NCBI GenBank assembly: GCA_002269645.1
Contig: NIVC01003807.1
Location: forward strand, 1-64,000
Direction of reading: 5' to 3'
DNA from: Macrostomum lignano
Taxonomy: Eukaryota
Length of the DNA: 64,000 bases
Under the pieces are notes generated by a model. That model had not been told where the DNA came from. It worked only from the letters and a program-made list of their open reading frames with translations, and did no database searches. Of this stretch, positions 1-11,200 are shown piece after piece. Both the position numbers and the translations under genes were made by a program. Numbering within the stretch: position 1 is the first letter of the stretch; each line of letters starts with the position of its first letter.

Positions 1-423
1 CATTAAAACACAACACAATATAAAAAGTGCAACATGAACACAAATGATAATATAATGGTACCAACTAGCCTAAACTGGGAAACAGATGCTATATGGAACA
101 GATTTTTGCATACTAAAATGCAGATGCGGATGTGGATTACTACGCCTATTTTATGGAATCATGCAGATATAAATAGCAGATGCAGTTCTGTCTTGTCAAA
201 TTCAAAACACTGATTTATAGTCCTTGATTTTAACATGCTTATGCAGCCATTATTTTATATTTAGAAATTTTCACGAGATTTTTAAGAAAGCCATTACTAG
301 GCCTACATGTAATTTGCTTTAACTTGTCTTTAGCTATGAAAAGATGTGTTGCGTGCCGAATTTGCTTTTGCCGAATTTGTTGGTGTTAAATTTCTGTTGG
401 CGAATTTGTGTGCATCCAGCCTA

Positions 424-822
424 TAATGGTGATCCAAAAAATGGACAAACTTTGTAGTGAAACTATGCCAAGGCAATACAGTGAATCTTTACAGGCTCGC
501 AGCAAGTGAATACTGACACCTGTAAGATTTTTTCTGCCAACTTTGGAATGGATATCTTTATCCAGTTTCCTAAAATAGCCATTCTAAATTTAGCCAACAG
601 TCACTTTAACTTGAAGCCATAGACAGTAGATGTGTAATTGTAGAAACAACCAAAGACACTTTCAACTTAAAGCCAAAGACTATTTGGAATATTCATTCCA
701 AAGTTGGCAGAAAAAATCTTACAGGTGTCAGGATTCACCTGCTGCGAGCCTGTAAAGATTCACTGTATTGCCTTGGCACAGTTTCACTACAAAGTTTGTC
801 CATTTTTTTGGATCACCCGTTA
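424..822. mobile_element. Non-autonomous Tc1/mariner-like MITE with ~130-bp terminal inverted repeats
   Basis: 424-555 (taatggtgatccaaaaaatggacaaactttgtagtgaaact...ggaatg) is the near-perfect reverse complement of 690-822 (cattcc...gtttcactacaaagtttgtccatttttttggatcacccgtta). TA flanks both ends (422-423, 823-824). A TA TSD suggests the Tc1/mariner superfamily; the family call is an inference. Confidence 0.75.
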
Positions 823-1153
823 TACTATAGTTCGGATGGTGCAGCATGGTACGCCTAAAAATGCCAAAAATGCCACTTTTACATCGAAAAAATTGCGATA
901 AAAGGCTAGGCTTAAAGGCTTGTACGGATAGTATAGAACAAAATGCCAGTCAAATAAAATATCAAAGAAACCCTTTTTTAATTTTTTAAAAACTTTAAAA
1001 ACAAAAAACTTTTGTATCACATTTTAGATAAAGCAAAAACATTGTTACCAGCAATTTTTCGATTATAAAACAATTTTTCAAATTTTATATATCTTAAAAG
1101 TGACTTTTAAAATTGTAAATAAAAATGAAATATTTTGAAACTCTTCTTCTTGG

Positions 1154-1412
1154 GGTCTTTTCATATTGCTTGTTCTGGTTTCAGAACCAGAACCAATTTG
1201 TGAAGTATAACTTTTTGTCTTCATAACTAGAGGGAGATACGTGCTATAAAGTTTTTATTATTGAATGACAATCGCCAAGAAAAAAGTGAAAAATTGTGCT
1301 TAGTTAGGTTGTTAAGGCAGTCAAATATTAACAGAGTTTAATAGTTATACTGCTGTTTTTTCTTGGAATTCCGAACCGATTCTGGTTCTGGAATTGGTAA
1401 TATGAAAAGGCC
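1154..1412. mobile_element. Possible small degenerate MITE
   Basis: 14-bp inverted termini ggtcttttcatatt / aatatgaaaaggcc (13/14 match) with subterminal ccagaacc / ggttctgg motifs. No convincing TSD. Confidence 0.35.
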
Positions 1413-3211
1413 ATTGAATTGCATTGTCGTCGTCATCAGATTATTGTCGTGCCACTGTTTCATGGCTTGTTTTTATCTTTGCCACAAGACACAGTCTTGC
1501 CACATGATTTGCAAGTGGTAGTCAGAAAGTCTTGGGAAATTGTAAAATAGTCCCTAATTGCTGCACCTATCTGAGATGCCATTTTGCACCACAAATCACA
1601 ATATATGACAATATACTAAATTAGGTTTCTATTTCAAAATTTCAATTAGGATTTTGCAACTGGTACTAATAGGTATTAGGAAAGCCAGATGGTATTTCAT
1701 AAGGAAACTATTAACTTTTTTATATGAGCCTATTATATTGCTTTCTGGCTTATAGTTTTCAATCAATATAAAGCTATGCATAAGACTAGGCTATTTGGTA
1801 TTTGGGGGTTGCCAACTTGGGGGTTTGGAGTCAAATAATGAAAGGAAAGAGTGATAAGTAGAGCCCACAAGTTTAGATGACAAGGCAAACCCATAAAACT
1901 CCATTGCAAAGAGAAAGAGAGAGAAGGGGTTTAAAGTGGCAAACATTGAGGGACTGGGGGAAAGAAGAGGGGTTGGCTAAAGTGACAAACATAGAAGGAA
2001 GGGGGAGGAGTTGAATGGGGGCATATTTAGATTTGCCTCTTGGTTTTTTATATTAAGTTTATGGGCTTATTATCAATTTGTATAGATTCACTAATTGTTA
2101 CTTTGGTATGTCTAGTATCTTGTCCATGCCCTAGCAGTGCCTAGTCTAGACTCTAGTAGGCCTATTAACGTGATAAATCTCTGACCCACCTTCCAAGTTG
2201 TTACTTTCTTACCCTGTTTTGACTAAGTCACTGTAGATTGCAATGATTGCATTTAATTCAAGCATTCATCTAACCCAATAATGCAATTAGGATATAGGCC
2301 TACCCAAACCTTTTATAGAAAGTGCAACATTTGGGGGTTGCCGGTTGCCAACTTGGACTAGCAAGTTGGACTGCCATTAGCATAGCAAATGGTTCTAACA
2401 AATATTTATAATAAAATGAGCCTAAAATTTTGGGTATCAATGCATCAAAAACTATAATACTCAAAATTGAAACTATAGGCCTACCTGAGAATTTGCAATG
2501 AAAATGTCCAAAATGTTAGGTACTCAAAATTCTAGCCAAAAATTTAGGCAAAATCTCTAATCTCTAGATACTTATTTTATTTTATGCATGTTGCTTCTAT
2601 TATGTTTGCTATGACTCTTCTTTATAGGCCTATCTGACATGCCTGATGTCTGATGCTTCTTTTAGTCTGACATGGCACTTCTTTTGATATGTTTTATAAT
2701 GTTTTTTTATTTTTGACATAATGTTACTTTTATTTTTTACTAGAGGTTGGACAAATACCTTTATTTACACATGCATAAAAATTTTGTGATTTTATTTTTG
2801 TCAGACATGATGCACTAAGTTACATTATTGAATAAATTGCTTATTGGGCTAGAATTCTACTTTTTGGCTGTCTAAAATTGTTAAAAAAGGGGTTTAGCAT
2901 ATATAAGGCCAGATAGATAAACAGATAGCCTTAACTCAGATCTTAGAGATTTAGTACCTTGTGAATAGGTCTTATAGTTACTAATTGAGTTCTTAAATAT
3001 CTTTAAAATATCTTAAAATTTTTGAATAAATATTTTTGTTTTATCCTAATTTTTTATCTCAAATGAAAAATATTTTATTAGCAAATTCTTGCCTGATTTA
3101 TTTTTATTTCTACTAATTTTTATTGTTTACCATGTTGTTAATATTGAAGAACTAACTATTCCTATATATTCAAAATGAGTTTTCTCTATTTCTTTAGGTA
3201 TGTTATAGGTT

Positions 3212-6098
3212 TAGGGATTCCAAAATCCCAACAATTTACAATCCCAGGATTGAGAAATCCTGAAATCTTGATAGTTTAAAATCCTGGGATCAATAATCCC
3301 AGAAAATCCCAACTGAGAATAATCCTGGGATCCCACTTCAAAGTTCAAAAAAATCCTGGGATCCCAATATCAAATGTATTGAAACATCTGCATCCAGCTT
3401 CCACCACAACCACAAAGTAAGTAAAATAGTTAAAATTTTACTTATTAGTTTTAAAGCGTGAATTAATAAAAGATTAAAGGATTAAAGTAAATCAAGCATG
3501 ATTTATTTATCAACCCTACAATATCTTACAGAATCCTTAGAATGAAGAATCATTAGATCATTCTGTATCTTTCTGTATATTTCAGTATCATTTGTTAATG
3601 ACTCGTATTCTGTTGTAGCAGTTCAGAAATTTATCATTTCAGTTATCGTGATTTTTGGAAATGAGACAGAAGCATGCACAGCTTTGATAAGGTCTCATCA
3701 CCTAGGCGAGAACAAATCCGAGTCATCAAAATGGCAGTGGCAGAAAATGCCCTTTCTGCTTCAACACTAGTTGGTGCAATGGACAAAAGGGCACAGTTTA
3801 GCGTCATCAGCAGCTTGCCCAATTGGCCAGTAGATCGCATAAATTCTATTTTGCATCCAACTACACGTTCCACTTTACATTCTCGTCCTGCAGCATCAGA
3901 ACAGTTGCTGTCGCTGTCTGTCTCCAGCTTGTCCAACTCAGCATTGAGTCGCTCCGCCATTGTTAAGTTGTTGGACACTTCCTGTAGAGCCTGAGGCTGA
4001 GAGCCATTACTGTCACTGTACAAGAAAAAATAGAATTGAATTATATAACTATCAAATATTAAAAGTTGTGTATTTACACAATTTGATTACCTGAAGGCAG
4101 AAGTTCCTTGTGCTTCAGCAGCAAAGGTTGTGGCAGTGGATACTAGATCAAGGTTCTTAGCAATGGAGATTAGCATGGATTTTGCGGCATTAAATTCGGA
4201 ATTACTATTGGCAACGTAGCCTTTGCGCTTCAGAAACTGTAGAGCCAATAAGGTGCCACCCTGCCATTGAATAAAACGCTTTTCTAAAGCATTCAGTAAA
4301 TCATTGGCAAGTCTGCTTCTCTGAGATTGAAGCTCTTTAATAGCAAAGTTGAATGCAGCTCCAGCTTTGAGTAAATTATAACTATGGCTTGACAGCATAG
4401 TAACAATAAGACTTAGAGGCTGAAGTGCAGTGCACAGATCTCGAAGCTGCTCCAGATCTTCTAGTTTAAGTGGTGACTCTAATCCAAGATGAAGCATAGC
4501 ACTGTGCATGGACGCCTCCAACAGAAGAAAAATGCTGCACCATGTCAAGGAGCAAATTCCAATGTGTTTTGACATAAACAATAAGCTTAAGTTCCTTGCC
4601 ATGCTGAGCCCACACAAAGCTCTGGAGAGTGTCATTTCGCGTGGGGCTATGGTGAAAGATAAGAATCACTTCTCGATGATGATTAAATGACACTCTAATA
4701 TCGCTGCTGAATTTGATTTCCTTGGTATCATGGTCATTTACTGACCATTCAATATTGTCCTCTTCTATCTCTTCATCTTTGTCGTTGGACTGACGCCTGC
4801 TCAACAACATCTGGCTCAGTGGTCTCAGGTAGTTTTTGATTGTAGATTACGTCCAATATAGCAAGATGGATACCATGGGCGTGGCACTGTTGGTGCTCAA
4901 TTTTCAGTAGCCTGGTCAGTTTCACCATGACCAAAGCACCATCTGTGGTACACGCTATTAAATTTAATTATGTTAGTATAATAATTTATGTTAGCTTAGC
5001 ACTTCACTTTAAAATTTACTTTAATTTAAAGTTAAAATTAAAATAGGAGTGCAAAACATTATTACAGAATTTGATGCCATGGTACACTGAAATATTTGCA
5101 TTTAAGCATAAACAGGAGGGATATTAAATCAAAAAGTGCTAGCTGGTCTAGGATTCTAATCAATAAGATAAGCAATTTAAAAGTGTCTTGGCCCTCTTGG
5201 GACTAAGTTTTTTTTTAAGACAAAGTAATGAACCTAGAGTACTAGGTAGACCTCAGATGATTACAAGTTACAGTTACAACCATAGTCATACCTCCATAAA
5301 TACTACATTACTTACTGCTAGTATAGTAAGCAAGCTAGGCCTACTATATCTAGAAGTATATAAGTAAATACAGTGAGTAATAATAATAAATAATTTTGTA
5401 ACAATTTTATAATAATAATATTATTTATAATTATGATATTTATAATGATAGCTAATGGTCCAAACTAGTATATTTACGCAATAAACTTCTCTTTGCTTAG
5501 TTATTATACAAGTAGAAATAGAAGATTGTTTGATAATAATAAATAATATTTATCCATAAAAGATAATTGATAATAATTGATTACAACAAAAATAACTTGT
5601 TTTAATATAGGTTATATAGCTAGCTATACAATATCAATGTAAATTATCAAAGTGAATGTCATGTTTAATGCCACATTACAGTGTTAGACATCATGCAAGA
5701 CGCAACTCACAAACATGTGAAAATAAATTACACCTTACAAAACAAAAAAAATAAATTTCTGCTTGACAAACTGCTCTAACAAATTTTGCTGCTTTTTTAT
5801 GTGTGATTTCAATACAGACATGCAGACTGCAGTTGTATTATTTCATATTTTTTAAAGTTGAACCTTTTTTTCAAATTTTACATGATTATTTTAGTTGAAA
5901 CAAGAAAATTAAAATCAGTTTGAATCCCAAAACAATCCTGTGATTTAAGCCTTACAATCCTGGGATCCTAATCCCACACTGTTGTAATCCCAAAGATCAT
6001 AAATCCTGAAATTTCAAGTCCCAAAATATCCTGGGATTGAAATCCCGTGTTTTGAGGCTAAATCCTGCTATCCCCGGATCCCAGGATTGGAATGCCTA
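3212..6098 (-). mobile_element. hAT-superfamily DNA transposon (decayed, full boundaries preserved)
   Basis: TIRs TAGGGATTCCAA (3212-3223) and TTGGAATGCCTA (6087-6098), 11/12 match. Exact 8-bp TSD TATAGGTT at 3204-3211 and 6099-6106. Many subterminal aatcc/ctgggat motifs at 3220-3370 and 5920-6090. Internal hAT transposase remnants. Confidence 0.9.
3643..4810 (-). pseudogene. hAT transposase remnant (C-terminal half, frameshifted, one intron)
   Basis: ORF 3643-4023 carries the hAT dimerisation motif (LSIAPTSVEAERAFS...SRLGDETL). ORF 4466-4810 has KTHWNLLLDM (cf. hAT TRWNS). A frameshift near 4520 separates it from ORF 4087-4635. A GT-AG intron at 4090-4016 joins TTC AG|T GAC in frame. Confidence 0.8.
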
Positions 6099-7598
6099 TA
6101 TAGGTTTTAAAAAGAATGACTTTAGAAAGGTTTTAGAAAGAGTTCAATTTTCTTCAAACTTGGGCCATTTGATCAGAAATGTTTACTGTTTTTACTATGT
6201 TAATATTGGTAAATATTTTTGTTAGGTTCAATTATCTATAGTTCTGCATATATAGGTATTAAGTTGTATAGAAATATGATTAAGAATAAAATTATTTATT
6301 AAGTTATAAAAATTTAGACAATAAAAATTAATTTTTTAAAAGTTTTTTAACAAGGTAATTTAACTAAACTATAGTAAATACTTTCAAATATATGGTTGCA
6401 ATAACTAAGTAGTTTAAAATAAAAATAAAGGCCAGATGTCTACTTGCTTACTTTGCTTAGTTTTATAAGTAGTTTGAAAGTTTTAATACAATTTGCTATT
6501 AAGATTACAAAAACAATAATGATTGTTTCAAAAGAAAGATGTTTCAATCTACTGTCACAAACTAAACTAGAAGCCAACCCTCTAGCTTGGAAGGGCCTAT
6601 GCAGCATCATTTTGGTTAATGTGATTTTGATGTCACTCATTAAAAAATGAGGTGAATTCAGTTGAAGTGAAAGACAGATTCTCATCACTAAATTATTCTT
6701 TCAAATATGCTACAATGAGTAGAATGAGTCCTGATGGCACTGAATATTAATAATATTCAAATGATTGCACCATTATATGCTGCAAATTTCTCAATCCAGT
6801 TTAGTACCCTATCAGCCTACTTACAGTAGCATATACTGAGCCTATATGGACGCATAGATTTTAATATACATGTTATGCTAAATGATATGTTGGTCAACTA
6901 GCTATAATGATTTGTATAGCATCGTCACTGTTGTATTCACTGTTTTTTAAACTTTGTTTCGTTTTTTGGGACTCATTGAAAAGCATGCAGTGGATATTTT
7001 AGTTGGATTTCAGTTTTTACAGCTTTTTGAATGAATCACTAGTTGCTACGTTGCTGGCACCAATTCTTTCTCTTGCGGTGGTGCGGTCCTAGTATCAGAT
7101 TTCTTTATATTCAATCTGTTTGGCAACGTTCTCTTCGTCTCGTGTGTTTTTCTAATTCTCACCTTCCGCTGCTCCTTTTTCAGTTGGCGTTAATTATGCT
7201 AATTGATGGTGTTGTGGAGCTTTGACCGCAGTGACCTGTTCTGTTCTTGCGCCTGTGAGTGCGTGTGTGTAGGCGGATGCAGGCTTAGCCAGCTGCTTTT
7301 TGTTTTGTTTCACTTCTAATCCGCGTGCTTGTTGCGCTTGCACTTTCAGTTGCTTTTCTCTCTTTTTAAACATCCTCTTTATTAAGTGATTGTAGCCTTA
7401 AGTGAAAGTGAAAAGATGTCTATTTGATGTTTTTTGTCGGCATTTATCATGCGTCAAGATTGGGTTTCAGTTCACCTATCTAGATCGCTTGTGACTGTAA
7501 AATAAAGGCGCTGATTAACGCGTTAATTAATTATCTAGGCTAGTTTTACCAAAGTGTTACGAAGCAACCAGTGTTAATGTCCTTAAATGTTAGTGTTA

Positions 7599-8188
7599 CA
7601 GCCAAACTCCCAGATCCCCAGTTGCAGCCAAACTCCCAGATCCCCAGTTGCAGCCAAACTCCCAGATCCCCAGTTGCAGCCAAACTCCCAGATCCCCAGT
7701 TGCAGCCAAACTCCCAGATCCCCAGTTGCAGCCAAACTCCCAGATCATCAGTTGTTACAGCCAAGCTCCCAGATCCTCAGTTGTTTTAGCCAAACTCCCA
7801 GATCCTCAGTTGTTTTAGCCAAACTCCCAGATCCTCAGTTGTTTTAGCCAAACTCCCAGATCCTCAGTTGTTACAGCCAAACTCCCAGATCCTCAGTTGT
7901 TACAGCCAAACTGCCAGATCCTCAGTTGTTTTAGCCAAACTGCCAGATCCTCAGTTGTTACAGCCAAACTGCCAGATCCTCAGTTGTTACAGCCAAACTC
8001 CCAGATCCTCAGTTGTTACAGCCAAACTGCCAGATCCTCAGTTGTTACAGCCAAACTCCCAGATCCTCAGTTGTTACAGCCAAGCTCCCAGATCCTCAGT
8101 TGTTACAGCCAAACTCCCAGATCCTCAGTTGTTTTAGCCAAACTCCCAGATCCTCAGTTGTTACAGCCAAACTGCCAGATCCTCAGTT
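7599..8188. repeat. 26/29-bp minisatellite (cagccaaactcccagatcctcagttgtta) just upstream of INTS7
   Basis: About 21 tandem units. 26-bp units on the left switch to 29-bp units on the right. Confidence 0.95.
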
Positions 8189-8252
8189 ATATGTGGTTAA
8201 TGTATGTTGTGCATAACGTCTATATTTCAGCGTACAGTGAGTAGCTGGTCGC

Positions 8253-11200
8253 ATGGCGCTGGTACTAGAGTCTGAGAAGGACGCCAACTACCTGATTAAC
8301 GAGATCAACAACGGTCTCCGATCGAACGTGCCCGCCGAGCAGAGCCAGGCTCTATTAAAATTTCCAATCCTAGTGCACAGGTATCCATTCCCTGTAGTGA
8401 TCAATGCAATCTTTTCTAAGATTGTCGATCTATTCCGTGATGGTAGCAATTTTCAACGTCTGTCTATTCTATACGTGTGCCAGCAGTGCGCCCAACACCT
8501 GGACAGTAGCAAGGTGCGCAATAGCGATTACGTCATCAAGATAGTGCTAGGAGTGTGCCATTCAAACGATCCGTCAGCTAGAGCTCTGGCCGTTCGTCTG
8601 TTAGCCAGCTTGCCAGGCCTCACTGCAGACAACTGCTCTGTGCACAGCGCCGTCTGCTCCGCGCTCGACTCTCACTGGCCAGTTGAACTCGAAGCCGCCG
8701 TCTGGGCTACCCATCGTTTGGCGCCGCTATCGCCGGCGCTAAGCCGCGGCGCCGCTGACCGGCTATTAGCCTCGGTTGGCGATCTGCGCGTCGACCCGCG
8801 AACTAAACTGGCCCTGTACGCCGCCTGCTGCAGCCTCGGCCGGGCTGGCGGGGACGCCATTGGCCTGCTGTTGGACCGGCTTCGGGGCGAGCTGGCCGAC
8901 TGTCCGGCTACTGAGGCTCAGTCTGTGCTGCTCCGCGTGCTCACCAGACTGTCGCTGATGTCACCTGCTAGCCTGCCAGCCACCCTGCAGCTGCACTGCC
9001 GCCGACTACTGTCCGGCAAGCTGCCCGACGGTGACAACAGTGAAGCCAACGATGGCGACGACCGTGGGGACTCAGGGGGCGAGACTCGGCCTCGCCTTCG
9101 CCGAATCCTGCTAGCCAACCTGCTGGCCATGGCCGGTCCAGCCGCGGCGCACCACTGGACTCTGGCCGAGGTTTGCCGGCTTGTTCGTTTCATTGAGGCG
9201 GCGACGGCAACGGCTGCTGCGTCGTCGGCTACGCCAGCTGGCGCCGAGGATGCGTTGGTTGTCGATGACGGCCTGCAGGTAGCCGGCGCTTTGGCTCACG
9301 GAGACGCCTACCGCCTGCTGCTGGAGGCCGGACTGCTGCCTCTGCTGCGCCGGATTGTCTACGCCAATTCGGCTGATGGCGTCGGCATCGGTGTCGCCCT
9401 AGCGCTGGACGTCGCCGTCCGCATTGCCGTAGCAAACAGAGACGCCGATTTAGCTGAAGAGCTGGCGGCTCTGCTAACGGATCGATTGCCTCGTTCGGTT
9501 GCCGCCGCTGTCGAGCCGGCGCTCGATCGGTTGCTAGGCGCCTGGCACTCGTTGCTAGGCAGATTTCCTCACCTAGGCGACGTGTTGTTTACGCCTGATT
9601 TGTTAGCCGACTTGCTGAATGTCGGCGGCGGCGACGCTCAGCGGCGTCTGGCGATACGCGCTGTCCGGTGCCTCGCCAGCCTGACTGTCCGGTGCCGGCC
9701 GGGCATCGACTGTGCCGATTGGCTGGCCGGCTGGCTGAGCAAGCGCCAAGATGGCGCCGCCGCCGAGCAAATCGAGGCCGCCTGCGCGCTCCTGTTCAAG
9801 ACCGACTGTTGCAGGGTGGGGCGGCCATTGCCTAGTCAGGATGCCGCCGTGTTGAGCTCGCTGGGAGGGCTTAATAACTGGCAGGTAATTGACCGATATG
9901 TTGTAAATTCATTTTTGCTATAATAAACTTAGTAGCTGGAGATCTTTCGCATTTAATTTACAATTTTAGAGGTAGCAAATTTATGGGTTTCATAAAGTTT
10001 GGAAGATTCGGTATTGGAAGTTTCGAGATTGGAAGCTTCGAGATTGGGAAGATTCGGGATTGGGAAGATTCAGGATTGGAAGTTTCGGGATTGGAAGATT
10101 CGGGATTGGGAAGATTCAAGATAGGGAAGATTTGAGATTGGAAGTTTCGGGATTGGGAAGATTCAGGATTGGGAAGATTCAGGATAGGGAAAATTCGAGA
10201 TTGGAAGTTTCGGGATTGGGAAGATTCAGGATAGGGAAGATTCGAGATTGGAAGTTTCGGGATTGGGAGATTCGGGATTGGAAGTTTCGGGATTGGGAAG
10301 ATTCAGGATAGGGAAGATTCGAGATTGAAAGTTTCGGGATTGGGAGATTCGGGATTGTAAGTTTCAGGATTGGAAGAAAATTCGGGATTGGGAAGATTCG
10401 GGGCTGGGAAATTTCGGGGTAGAAAGATTGATTCGGGATGGGGAAGTTTTGGATTGGGATTTTCAAGATTGACAAGTTTGATGATTAAAGAACAAGGAAA
10501 TTTCTAATGCGTTTAGGCATCCTATTCGTAATTCGCCATAAGAATGTTTTTTTAACTCGCTCATTCCGCTTAGGCCTACCGCATCGCCCGGGCCGCCAGC
10601 AAGCACGGCCGCTTAGGCCTGGCCGGCCAGATCTTTGCCCAGCTAGTCAACAGCGCCCAGGAGCGGCCCGCTTTCTGGTTGCGCGGCCTCGCTCTACTCT
10701 GCCAGGCCGAGGCTAACGGCAGCGCCGGCTTCCAGGACGTCAACGAGGAGGATCCGCTGGCTCGACTGGACGAATGGTGCGAGCGACTGCGTGAGGCCCT
10801 GGCTAGCTTTGTGTCGGCTAACGGCACTGGCGGCGACCCTGGCGCTCTCTGGTTCCCTGTTGCTTTTGCCGGTTCGTGTCTGTCAACTGCTGTCATAAAA
10901 TTCTTCATTAAGCTACCAATAATGCCTTGAAATCTCTTATAACCTACCAATAATAAGCTGCCCTAAAGTCCTCTACAATCTATTCTAAAGTTTCTGTAAG
11001 TCGTCCTGACAATCTCTGATAATCCGACCTGAAAATCTCTGATAATCCGCCCTGACAATCTCTGATAATCCGCCCTGACAATCTCTGATAATCCGCCCTG
11101 ACAATCTCTGATAATCCGCCCTGGCAATCTCTGATAATCCGCCCTGTCAATCTCTGATAATCCGCCCTGACAATCTCTGATATTCCGACCTGACAATCTC

